64,000 nucleotides of DNA. Source: Escherichia phage vB_EcoM_LNA1. The stretch lies in sequence record MZ311863.1, one strand, 5' to 3'. Positions 47,358-55,852 of this stretch are shown here, piece by piece (the first letter of the stretch is position 1; each line of letters begins with the position of its first letter). The notes beneath the pieces are model-generated. The model was given only the letters and a program-made list of their open reading frames with translations, searched no databases and was not told the origin of the DNA. The translations under genes and the position numbers were made by a program.

Positions 47358-48099
47358 TAACAAGCTCTATAGCTCATCTAAAACGTGCCTAAACAGGGAA
47401 ACTCTACAGATGTAGATAATCCTGTGCTAAATGATGTAAGATGTAAGAAACTATATAACATAGGAGTATTACATGCCAAATTATCATGTTACTGAAGACG
47501 GAAGAGTCTTTAGAGAAAATGGTGTAGAGCTTACACAGTGGAAATCCAACACTGGGTATATGAAAGTAAAGTTTTACGGTAAGAAGAATCGTGACATGTA
47601 TGTCCATAGGTTAGTTGCTGAGAAATATGTACCTAACCCAAACAATCTTCCAATTGTAAAACACAAAGATGATAACAAACTGAACAACCATGCTTCTAAC
47701 TTAGAATGGGGAACTCATTCTGAGAATGTTAAAGAAGGTTATGAGAACGGTTGCTACAAGTTTTGTAAGCGTTCATATGCTGTGAAGGCTACACACAAAG
47801 TGACAAAAGAAGTTATTGCTGCCAAGTCAATACGAGAGTTATCCAACATACTCGGATATAATCGCAAGACTATCTCTTCAATATTGAAGGGTGTAAAAGA
47901 GCATAATAACTTTGAACATGAATTTGAATACATCTAAATGCCGAACGACTAACCGTGATGAATGTAGCGGTGTAGGGTCAAGCGACTCGAAATGGTACGC
48001 TACTTAGAAATAAGTAGAAGATATAGTCTGGACTTACTGGTGACAGTAAGCAGCTTGGATAAAGCGGGGTAAGCGTAGCGAACTTACCTGAACAACAAG
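47358..48099 (+). ncRNA. group I intron in nrdD carrying an HNH endonuclease ORF
   Basis: Exon 1 ends in U, intron ends in G; P/Q-like CAGGGAAA (47394) and AATCCTG (47418); R/S-like TCAAGCGACTC (47978) and GAAGATATAGTCTGG (48018); P8-like hairpin with GTGA loop; removal fuses PMG-CRAFL in frame. Confidence 0.6.
47473..47937 (+). CDS. intron-encoded HNH homing endonuclease
   Basis: HNH motif HKDDNKLNNHASNLEWGTHSEN; 154 aa; lies in the loop between the Q-like and R-like intron elements. Confidence 0.7.
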   Translation: MPNYHVTEDGRVFRENGVELTQWKSNTGYMKVKFYGKKNRDMYVHRLVAEKYVPNPNNLPIVKHKDDNKLNNHASNLEWGTHSENVKEGYENGCYKFCKRSYAVKATHKVTKEVIAAKSIRELSNILGYNRKTISSILKGVKEHNNFEHEFEYI

Positions 48100-49047
48100 T
48101 GTAGAGCGTTTTTATCACCATACCATAACGAAGATGGTGAAGAGTTTTATGTAGGTCGTGCTAACATTGGTGCTGTATCTTTGAACTTACCAATGATTTA
48201 CCAGTATTCTAAAGAGAATGGCTTAGATTTCTGGAAAGAGCTTGATAAGTACCTAGAAATGATTCGCAGCTTCCACAAGAAACGTTACGAAATGATTGCT
48301 AATATGCCAGCAAGTTCTAACCCTCTTGCATTCACACAAGGTGGCCTGTACAAAGGGAATAAGAAACCTACTGACAAGGTTGGCTGGGATATCGTGAAGT
48401 CCTTCACAGCTTCTTTTGGGGTTACTGCGCTTGATGAGCTATCTGTTCTTGCTGAAGGTAAACGACTTCATGAAGTTGGAAGCTGTAGTTTTGCATATGA
48501 TGTTCTGGAATATATCAACATGAAGACTGAAGAGTTTAAAAATGAAGATGGCTTCTTATATGCAGTCTATGGCACTCCAGCAGAATCACTTTGTGGAACT
48601 CAGCTAAAACAGTTCAGAGATATGTTTGGCGTTATCAAAGGCGTTTCTGACAAGGAATACTTTACAAACAGTTTCCATATGAATGTTGCAGCAGACATTA
48701 CACCATTTGAGAAGCAGGACTTAGAAGAACCTTTCTTCCATATCTGTAGAGGCGGCAGAATCCAGTATGTAAGAGTGGCTAATCCAGAAAACTTATCAGC
48801 ACTTAAGAGTTGTATTACAAGAGGGATGTTGAAAGGTTTCTATCAGGGACTTAACTTTGACTTAGCAATCTGTGAACATTGTGGTAACAGACCAAAGGCT
48901 GATGTTGAAGAATGTGATGTTTGCCATTCACATGATATTTCTGTGATTAACAGGGTGTGCGGATATCTGGGATGGACTAAGATTAAAGGTGAATCCCGAA
49001 TGAACGATGCAAAAATCGCTGAGATTCGTGACAGAATTTCTATGTAA
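48100..49047 (+). CDS. nrdD: anaerobic ribonucleotide reductase (class III), exon 2
   Basis: Begins CRAFLSPY...; contains glycyl-radical motif RVCGYLG near C-terminus; frame opens 8 codons upstream after a TAG. Confidence 0.75.
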   Translation, partial: CRAFLSPYHNEDGEEFYVGRANIGAVSLNLPMIYQYSKENGLDFWKELDKYLEMIRSFHKKRYEMIANMPASSNPLAFTQGGLYKGNKKPTDKVGWDIVKSFTASFGVTALDELSVLAEGKRLHEVGSCSFAYDVLEYINMKTEEFKNEDGFLYAVYGTPAESLCGTQLKQFRDMFGVIKGVSDKEYFTNSFHMNVAADITPFEKQDLEEPFFHICRGGRIQYVRVANPENLSALKSCITRGMLKGFYQGLNFDLAICEHCGNRPKADVEECDVCHSHDISVINRVCGYLGWTKIKGESRMNDAKIAEIRDRISM

Positions 49048-49056
49048 AACTTGACA

Positions 49057-49096
49057 AGGTGATGCGGGTCTTGATAGGCTTGCATCACCTTTTTAT
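49057..49096 (+). terminator. rho-independent terminator
   Basis: AGGTGATGC / GCATCACCT 9-bp stem, 16-nt loop, then TTTTT. Confidence 0.55.
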
Positions 49097-49109
49097 TTGG
49101 AGTTACATT

Positions 49110-49334
49110 ATGGACTTGTGGCTTTATGTAGCAGTTTGTGGGATTGTATGTCTGATAATCTTATTTATTCTTGGAGTAATGCGATTTAGAGATATTATAC
49201 AGTCAGATTTTTTGCCTGAGTTTGCCATGATAGTTGGGGTTATTACCCTTTGTGTCTTGGCGGTGTTCTATTCATACAAAACTGTGATATGGATGGAGGC
49301 AAACAATTGTGTAAAAAACTCATCAGCACCGTGA
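49110..49334 (+). CDS. small membrane protein (2 TM, hypothetical)
   Basis: ATG at 49110 with GGAG SD; the track's upstream extension covers the terminator. Confidence 0.3.
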   Translation: MDLWLYVAVCGIVCLIILFILGVMRFRDIIQSDFLPEFAMIVGVITLCVLAVFYSYKTVIWMEANNCVKNSSAP

Positions 49335-49433
49335 GGTTACTTATTATGTGAGTGTACTTAGTGGTAGCACTACTATACTTGTCCCACAAACTTCTGTAGA
49401 GTATCTTTACACATGTGATAATGGTAAAACTAT

Positions 49434-49649
49434 ATGGTGGAATTAACAATGACAACACTCTTAAAAGTATTGATACCCATACTACATATAGCAGTCTTCT
49501 TCTTTGGTGTTAGTGTTATGGTATGGGGCTTTTCAGACCCACAATGGAGTTTCTCATATCATGGTCAGATGGACTTATGGTCATGCTTCAAACCATTTTT
49601 AGGGTTAGCTATAGCATTCAGTGCATTACCAACTAAGGTGAGATTATGA
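49434..49649 (+). CDS. small membrane protein (2 TM, hypothetical)
   Basis: 71-aa hydrophobic ORF. Confidence 0.3.
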   Translation: MVELTMTTLLKVLIPILHIAVFFFGVSVMVWGFSDPQWSFSYHGQMDLWSCFKPFLGLAIAFSALPTKVRL

Positions 49650-50041
49650 TTAAGTTGAACCAAAAACAGTCAGAGTGGATTAAAGATTACGCCTCAGAGT
49701 GTGGCTCTTGCGAAAAGAATCACGTAAGATACTCAACATTCCATACGACCTTCACACTGTATATCAGTGAAAATGTTCTAAGTGATTCTGTAGAAGATGG
49801 TGTAGCATTGCCTAATGAATTACTTGATAAACTAGCTGTAGTCTATGGAACTTGGTCTGAGGAAGATGGTCACGAACTGTCTGATGATGTTGTCTTCTAC
49901 ACCCTTGAAAACATCATGAACCCAGAGTACATTATGCTAATGACTTGCGCACAAGATTGTGTACCTTTACAAAGATTTATTAAAGAGCACTGTGAAGAGT
50001 TTATTACCAAACAGGTTCCTTGTCAGGTGGTATTTGAATGA
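49646..50041 (+). CDS. hypothetical Cys-rich protein
   Basis: 131-aa ORF. Confidence 0.3.
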   Translation: MIKLNQKQSEWIKDYASECGSCEKNHVRYSTFHTTFTLYISENVLSDSVEDGVALPNELLDKLAVVYGTWSEEDGHELSDDVVFYTLENIMNPEYIMLMTCAQDCVPLQRFIKEHCEEFITKQVPCQVVFE

Positions 50042-50337
50042 GCAAAACAATTCGAAGAAAAGGTTTAAAGAACGTTCATGGACTTTATGAGTGGAGAAAT
50101 GAGGTACGTAACAGAGAAAATGCTTCAGAGGTCTACTACCACTCTGACATGATGTCTAGAAAAGGTGGCTCTTACGACTTCACAAGCCAGCCTTGTAGAG
50201 AGATTAAGAAGGCTACTAAACGTCTTACAAGAACACAAATAAGGCAGCTTCCTAAGACATCCTTCTTAGATGAAGACTTTGACATTGATAGTAAGTCTCC
50301 AAAGAAAGCTGCTAAGAATACTTATATGTATTGGTGA
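50038..50337 (+). CDS. hypothetical protein
   Basis: 99-aa basic ORF. Confidence 0.3.
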   Translation: MSKTIRRKGLKNVHGLYEWRNEVRNRENASEVYYHSDMMSRKGGSYDFTSQPCREIKKATKRLTRTQIRQLPKTSFLDEDFDIDSKSPKKAAKNTYMYW

Positions 50338-50346
50338 GGTAACTAG

Positions 50347-50832
50347 ATGAATTACATGGAGATTAGACCATTTGATACAGCTAATGGTGAAGGGGTTCGT
50401 GTAAGCCTCTTCGTAGCTGGTTGTAAGCATCACTGTGAAGGCTGCTTTAACAGGGAGTCTTGGAAGTTTAATGCTGGTAAAGAGTTTACTTATGCAAACC
50501 TATACGGAATCATCCAGTTAATGGGTGACGATGCTGTCAGTGGGTTGTCAATACTTGGTGGAGAACCTCTGGATGATAGAAATATTCAAGAGGTTACCGA
50601 CATATGCAAACGTGTTAAAACTGTTTACCCAGAGAAGACTATATGGCTCTGGACAGGTTTTCAACTACACGAAAAAATTCACCTAGATGTGATGAAATAT
50701 GTTGACGTGGTGATTGATGGTAAGTATGATTCATCTAAACCAACAGTTAAACCATATCGTGGTTCTGATAACCAAAACCTCTGGAGAAAAGAGTATGGGT
50801 GGCAAGGTGATTGTCAGTGGAGAGCCGAGTAA
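50347..50832 (+). CDS. nrdG: anaerobic ribonucleotide reductase activating enzyme (radical SAM)
   Basis: Radical-SAM cysteine triad CKHHCEGC (Cx3Cx2C); 161 aa; downstream of nrdD. Confidence 0.75.
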   Translation: MNYMEIRPFDTANGEGVRVSLFVAGCKHHCEGCFNRESWKFNAGKEFTYANLYGIIQLMGDDAVSGLSILGGEPLDDRNIQEVTDICKRVKTVYPEKTIWLWTGFQLHEKIHLDVMKYVDVVIDGKYDSSKPTVKPYRGSDNQNLWRKEYGWQGDCQWRAE

Positions 50833-51172
50833 GTCTCGTCGTAAAGTAGGTTACGGAAAAGGTGAAATCATGGTTCTTTCTTTTAACAGTGCTTTATTAG
50901 GTACTTACAAAGTTAAGACCGAACTACTTGATGAATGGAGAAAGTATACAAACTCACTTTTCGGTAATGTTGGAATGGAAGCCTTAGCAGAGATTGAGAA
51001 GGCTGGAACATTTGAAGTTGTCGGTAAAGGTAACTACACAATGTTCTACAAAACAAATTTAAACGTTGGCGACAGTATTGTTGGTGTCACTGAAGAAGAA
51101 CTTAAAACATTTTGTGAAAAGATTGAGAGAGATACGAAATGGGACTCTGGAACAGTTTTAAATCAAAAGTAA
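50795..51172 (+). CDS. hypothetical protein
   Basis: In-frame ATG at 50795 with GGAGAAAAGAG SD; overlaps nrdG 3' end. Confidence 0.3.
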   Translation: MGGKVIVSGEPSKSRRKVGYGKGEIMVLSFNSALLGTYKVKTELLDEWRKYTNSLFGNVGMEALAEIEKAGTFEVVGKGNYTMFYKTNLNVGDSIVGVTEEELKTFCEKIERDTKWDSGTVLNQK

Positions 51173-51396
51173 AAGCAGCACTAGCTTCATTAGGTATGCT
51201 CACTGGTGTTGATGTGACTCATCTTATGCAGAACTTTAAGATGGATGAGGAGCTGACTAATGAGATTATGAAAAGTATCTATGTAGGCCGTGGCAAAGGT
51301 GGTAAGAAACAAGCCCACCGCCCGTCTGGTGCAGCAGCTATTAAACGAGCAGCTAAGAAAGCTCGTAACCGTAAACGTAATAAGAAGGCTAAATAA
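51139..51396 (+). CDS. hypothetical protein with basic C-terminal tail
   Basis: 85 aa ending KRAAKKARNRKRNKKAK. Confidence 0.3.
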   Translation: MGLWNSFKSKVKAALASLGMLTGVDVTHLMQNFKMDEELTNEIMKSIYVGRGKGGKKQAHRPSGAAAIKRAAKKARNRKRNKKAK

Positions 51397-51398
51397 TC

Positions 51399-51719
51399 AT
51401 GAGCAAAGTTTATAACACTCGCAAATTACAGATTTTCGTACTGTGTCAGTTTATGGCTAAAGAATATAATTTCTACTATTGTGGCACAGGTTTCATTAGC
51501 GATGATGATGGCTCATACCTACCATTTAAAGAAGCTGTGAAGCTCTTTAATGAAGAGAAAAACTCTAAGAAAGATATTGAAAAGGTTAAGCTAACCTACA
51601 GCAAGAAAGATAAGAAGATTATCTGCCTAGATAACTTTGTAAAAGTTACTGGAGAAGCAAAAGAGTTTATGGATGAGAGTGAGATTTCATTCACAAGCAT
51701 CTTGAAAGTAGCTCAGTAA
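51399..51719 (+). CDS. hypothetical protein
   Basis: 106-aa ORF. Confidence 0.3.
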   Translation: MSKVYNTRKLQIFVLCQFMAKEYNFYYCGTGFISDDDGSYLPFKEAVKLFNEEKNSKKDIEKVKLTYSKKDKKIICLDNFVKVTGEAKEFMDESEISFTSILKVAQ

Positions 51720-51770
51720 ACAGATACTATAAGGGGACTGTAAAGGTTCCCTTTTTATTTTGGAGATAAA

Positions 51771-52286
51771 ATGTATCTGTCAAACCTGAAACGTTCGGCT
51801 GCAATGTCAGTTCTAAGACTCAGCTTTGAGGAACGTCAAGAGTTCATTGACTCCCACCAATACGACCCTTCTAACTCGAATCACATGGTTCTTTGGAATC
51901 GTGATAGTACTCGTGAAAGAGCACTATTCCGCTACTACCCACATTACACCGTAGACAACCTGTATGAATGTTTTGTTGTGAAGAACACCATTACAGTACT
52001 CAATAAACTTTGCAGATACACAGGTAGTCAATCCTTCACATTAGGACATCACAAACCTGTTACAAAGGGTGGTGAGCATCACTGTGCAAACTGGTTTATC
52101 CAGACTAGACTCGATAACCAGAGGCAAGGTGATAGTCTTTTAAGTACCCCTAAGATGTCCTATGAAGAGCAAGAGAAATATATCAAAAATAATATGCCAG
52201 ATGTGCTTGACAACAACTATACAGATTTGGCAATATCTCTCCTGTTGAAGTTCGAGACAGTTTATAGGGCAACTTATAATGGCTAA
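51771..52286 (+). CDS. hypothetical protein with HNH-like motif
   Basis: LGHHKPVTKGGEHHCANWFIQTRLDNQ resembles an HNH nuclease core; weak. Confidence 0.3.
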   Translation: MYLSNLKRSAAMSVLRLSFEERQEFIDSHQYDPSNSNHMVLWNRDSTRERALFRYYPHYTVDNLYECFVVKNTITVLNKLCRYTGSQSFTLGHHKPVTKGGEHHCANWFIQTRLDNQRQGDSLLSTPKMSYEEQEKYIKNNMPDVLDNNYTDLAISLLLKFETVYRATYNG

Positions 52287-52557
52287 AGAGAAGTGGGAGA
52301 TTTTACCATTAGTCAGTGAAGGCGGTAATGGTTGTGAAATGTACATGATACGTGGTCATGTTCCAGAACCAATTGCACTTGAGATGGTAAACAACTTTAC
52401 AGATGGCTCTTACAAAGACTTAGGGGAGCCAAATATAAAGCAGCAATGGGTAAAGCCTGTACCAGACAGCACAGGTAACTGTAGTGTACTTTATCACGTT
52501 GTAGACCCTGCAAAATGCAAATCTGCAATGGCAGTAACAAACGTAACTTTTGATTGA
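52279..52557 (+). CDS. hypothetical protein
   Basis: 92-aa ORF. Confidence 0.3.
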   Translation: MAKEKWEILPLVSEGGNGCEMYMIRGHVPEPIALEMVNNFTDGSYKDLGEPNIKQQWVKPVPDSTGNCSVLYHVVDPAKCKSAMAVTNVTFD

Positions 52558-52568
52558 GAGAGAAAACT

Positions 52569-53450
52569 ATGAAAACTGTTATTGAAGCCGTCGTCACCGC
52601 TCAAGAGAAATTCTTCCACACAGAAAAATTTAATATCATTCAATTCCCATCTGGAGAAATTGGTGGAAACTTCTCTGAAGATTTTGTTAAGTTTACTGAG
52701 CGTAATGCTGGTAAGATTGATAATGTTATAATTACTGTACAGGGATATGACAAAGATACACTGTTTGCATTAGCTTTGGCTAAGGATGCCGTTGACAGTC
52801 TTGTTCCCCAGAAATCAGCGATGAAAACCGTTGTTTTCGGGTTCTTACCAAATGCTCGATATGACCGCCACATGTTCAAAGGTGATGCAGCAGCACTGAA
52901 AGTCTTTGCCAACCTAGTTAATGCAATGGGTTTTGATGCAGTATGTGCTCTTGACCCTCACAGTAATGTTGCAGAAAACTTATTTAAGTGCTTTCAAAGC
53001 ATGAAGCAAAAAGATGTGGCAGTACACTTTGCAAGTGACCCACGCATTGATTTCTTGGTAGCCCCAGATGCAGGTGCAGCTAAGAAGACTGAAGATACCG
53101 CTAAAGAGGTGGATAAACCGTATATCACAATGTCTAAGGTGCGCAATCTTAAGACTGGAGAAATCACTGGTATGCGAATCCTTGACGATGTTGATTTGAC
53201 CGATAAAACTGTCATGATTCTTGATGATATCTGTGATGGTGGTCGAACCTTCGTAGAGGCAGCTAAACACCTACGTGAAGCAGGTGCAAAACGTGTGGAA
53301 CTCTATGTAACTCATGGTATTTTCTCTAAAGGTGTTGAAAACTTGCTTGACAACGGTATTGACCATATCTACACTACAAACACTTTAGGTGAAGCTAAAG
53401 ACCGTGGCTTAACACATTACGCCCAAGTTACTGTAGCAACCATTGATTGA
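52569..53450 (+). CDS. PRPP synthetase-family enzyme; candidate ADPR-pyrophosphate synthetase (Adps) of NARP1
   Basis: Prs-like motifs NARYDRH and PRPP-binding loop VMILDDICDGGRTF; ATG at 52569 (track start is TTG 52554); adjacent to NAMPT-like gene, no NMNAT nearby. Confidence 0.6.
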   Translation: MKTVIEAVVTAQEKFFHTEKFNIIQFPSGEIGGNFSEDFVKFTERNAGKIDNVIITVQGYDKDTLFALALAKDAVDSLVPQKSAMKTVVFGFLPNARYDRHMFKGDAAALKVFANLVNAMGFDAVCALDPHSNVAENLFKCFQSMKQKDVAVHFASDPRIDFLVAPDAGAAKKTEDTAKEVDKPYITMSKVRNLKTGEITGMRILDDVDLTDKTVMILDDICDGGRTFVEAAKHLREAGAKRVELYVTHGIFSKGVENLLDNGIDHIYTTNTLGEAKDRGLTHYAQVTVATID

Positions 53451-53459
53451 AACTTTATA

Positions 53460-53480
53460 GGGGCTTGAAAGCCCCATTTT
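53460..53480 (+). terminator. rho-independent terminator
   Basis: GGGGCT-TGAA-AGCCCC hairpin then ATTTT. Confidence 0.55.
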
Positions 53481-53495
53481 GAGAGAGATTAAAAG

Positions 53496-55277
53496 ATGAC
53501 TAAATCGCTTTACGCAGTACCAGCAGGTTTAAACGCAGATGCTTACAAATCTGGTCATGTTTACCAGTACCCTAGTGCAACAGAATACTTGATGTTCAAC
53601 CTGACACCACGTAGTGACAAATGGTTTAACAGCCCCTTAGCAATTGATGGTGTAGTAGCTTTTGGTATTCAACGTTTCGTTAAAGATTACCTGATAGACC
53701 ACTGGAACGCCACTTTCTTTGAACGTGATAAAAAAGAAGCAGTTGACGAAATCTTAGAAGTCATGAATGGTGTTCTGGGTAAAGATGCTATCGGTCGAGA
53801 GCATTGGGAAGCACTTCACGATTTAGGCTATCTACCAGTTGAAGTATACGCTGTAGAAGAAGGTACAGTTGTTCCTATGCGTGTTCCAATGATTGTCTTC
53901 CAGAACACTGTTTCAGGTTTCCATTGGGTAGCAGGTTATCTGGAAGATGCTTTCTCTGCTGAGATTTGGAAGACTTGCACCATTGCAACTATTGCATTGC
54001 ACTACAAACGTATCTGTAAGAAGTGGGCTGACCTTACTTGCGACAATGACTTACATTTACCTTATCAGTGCCATGACTTTGCTATGCGTGGTATGTCCGG
54101 CTTTACCGATGACGCATTTAATGCTGTAGGTCACTTAACCAGCTTTAAAGGAACTGATAGCTTCCCTGCTGTATACACGGCTAAACGCATCTATGGACAG
54201 TCTTACCCAATTTCTGATATTGGTAGTTCTGTACCAGCCACTGAACACTCTGTAATGTGTGCAAACATTGCTTGGGAAGGTGGTAATGAATTGATTGAAG
54301 AGGAAAGACGCTTTAAAGGTGAGTTGCAAACCTTCCGTCGTTTCTTAACAGAAACTTACCCAACTGGTATTGCAAGTATTGTTTCAGATACTTATAACTT
54401 CTGGAGAACTGTGTCAGAAATCTTACCAGCACTTCGTAAAGAAATTATGGAACGTGATGGTAAGCTGGTAATTCGCCCTGACTCTGGAGACCCTGTACAT
54501 ATTGTCACAGGCTATAAAGCAATCCACTTAGAGTGTGCTAAGAAGACTTATTATGAGCACCTAAGCAAGCTGGAAGCTAGTGACACAATGTTGAATGCTG
54601 TTCTGAACATGAAGCTTGAAAACATCAACTATGGTATTGCTGGATGGCTACTGTCAGAAGGCTACGAAATGGTTGTTGACAGAGAAGACTTTGAAGTTGC
54701 TGATACAGTGATGTTGAAAAATGCTTATATGGTTGGCTCTGCAAACGTTGTAACACGTCCTGTAGCAGAGATTGATGGAGCTATTAAGACCCTGTACAAC
54801 ATCTTCGGAGGGACTATTAACTCTAAAGGGTTTAAGGTACTGGATGAGCACATCGGCCTTATCTATGGTGACTCTATCACGCTGGAACGTGCAAACGAAA
54901 TCCTGAAGCGTCTGTATGAAATGGGTTTTGCAAGCTCTAACGTAGTGTTTGGTGTAGGCTCTTACACTTACCAGTACATGACTCGTGACACCTTTGCATT
55001 TGCTGTCAAAGCAACTCTTGCAAGCATTGGTGGTAAAGAGATTATGCTTGCAAAAGACCCTAAAACAGATAGTGGTGTTAAGAAATCTGCCTTTGGTGGT
55101 GTAGCACCTATGTGGGATGGTGATAAGCTGAAAGCTGTAGATGGCTATGGATTCCAGAGTTTTGCAGATGTACTTGACCACCAAGCTTGTGCTTTACGTT
55201 TAGTCTTTAGCGACTCTGAGCAGTTCGGTTATACAACTCTTGGAGATATTCGAAATAATATTGACAAGCAGCTTTAA
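53496..55277 (+). CDS. NAMPT-family phosphoribosyltransferase; candidate nicotinamide ADPR transferase (Namat) of NARP1
   Basis: NAMPT-like motifs ADAYKSGHVYQYP, FAMRGMSGF, LVIRPDSGDP, IYGDSI; 593 aa (longer than typical NadV). Confidence 0.6.
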   Translation: MTKSLYAVPAGLNADAYKSGHVYQYPSATEYLMFNLTPRSDKWFNSPLAIDGVVAFGIQRFVKDYLIDHWNATFFERDKKEAVDEILEVMNGVLGKDAIGREHWEALHDLGYLPVEVYAVEEGTVVPMRVPMIVFQNTVSGFHWVAGYLEDAFSAEIWKTCTIATIALHYKRICKKWADLTCDNDLHLPYQCHDFAMRGMSGFTDDAFNAVGHLTSFKGTDSFPAVYTAKRIYGQSYPISDIGSSVPATEHSVMCANIAWEGGNELIEEERRFKGELQTFRRFLTETYPTGIASIVSDTYNFWRTVSEILPALRKEIMERDGKLVIRPDSGDPVHIVTGYKAIHLECAKKTYYEHLSKLEASDTMLNAVLNMKLENINYGIAGWLLSEGYEMVVDREDFEVADTVMLKNAYMVGSANVVTRPVAEIDGAIKTLYNIFGGTINSKGFKVLDEHIGLIYGDSITLERANEILKRLYEMGFASSNVVFGVGSYTYQYMTRDTFAFAVKATLASIGGKEIMLAKDPKTDSGVKKSAFGGVAPMWDGDKLKAVDGYGFQSFADVLDHQACALRLVFSDSEQFGYTTLGDIRNNIDKQL

Positions 55278-55292
55278 AAGTATATGATAAGA

Positions 55293-55313
55293 GGCTCCTA
55301 CGGGAGCCTTTTT
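55293..55313 (+). terminator. rho-independent terminator
   Basis: GGCTCC-TACG-GGAGCC hairpin then TTTTT. Confidence 0.65.
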
Positions 55314-55330
55314 AATTTCTGGAGAAGATT

Positions 55331-55666
55331 ATGAAAATCAAAGAAATGAACATTAACGTTGTCCTAGAAGAACGTTGGGAGAACATTAAGAAACCTGAAG
55401 ATGGTAAAAAGTTCCTTAACAAAATTTTAGTAGCAGCTAAAGAAGAACTGACTGGCAAGATTGCAGCAGCAATCACAATAAAAATCTGTGTAAAAGGTCT
55501 TCCACAACATCACCAATTTGCACTTGACGAGTTTAAAGAAAGCTTCTACAATCCAAACAAACAGATGCTTGAAAGTAACTTTGCAGTGTCTACAAGTATC
55601 GTCCATGACAGAAGCTTTATCCTTTACAAGAATATGAGAGGTGAGTCATGCAAGCATATTGGATAG
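55331..55666 (+). CDS. hypothetical protein
   Basis: 111-aa ORF. Confidence 0.3.
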   Translation: MKIKEMNINVVLEERWENIKKPEDGKKFLNKILVAAKEELTGKIAAAITIKICVKGLPQHHQFALDEFKESFYNPNKQMLESNFAVSTSIVHDRSFILYKNMRGESCKHIG

Positions 55667-55824
55667 AAATTTTACTGTCACTTGGTAGTGTAGCAGTATT
55701 TGTTTACCTTCTTTGCAAGTACTATGCAGAGCACAAGAAGTGTGATTACTGCAACGGGGAAGGGTACACAAGAGCAGGTTGTTGCCCTATTTGTGGTGGT
55801 TCTGGTAAAATGTTTAATAAGTAA
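55648..55824 (+). CDS. small membrane-anchored zinc-finger protein (58 aa, below ORF-track cutoff)
   Basis: ATG 55648 with AGGTGA SD; hand translation shows N-terminal TM segment then two CxxCxGxG repeats (CDYCNGEG, CPICGGSG). Confidence 0.35.
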   Translation: MQAYWIEILLSLGSVAVFVYLLCKYYAEHKKCDYCNGEGYTRAGCCPICGGSGKMFNK

Positions 55825-55852
55825 TTTAACAGTAAACTAAGAGGAAAGTATT

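Noticed and set aside
49051-49079. TTGACA at 49051 as a promoter for the downstream membrane-protein gene
   Set aside because: No acceptable -10 hexamer at 16-18 nt spacing (ATAGGC/TAGGCT); the sequence is instead the 5' arm region of a terminator hairpin.
52554-55277. Classical NadV/NMNAT NAD+ salvage (NARP2-type) interpretation of the NAMPT-like gene
   Set aside because: No nucleotidyltransferase (NMNAT) or Nudix gene was found in the window, and the partner is a Prs-family enzyme, which fits NARP1 better. This remains open until the rest of the genome is inspected.
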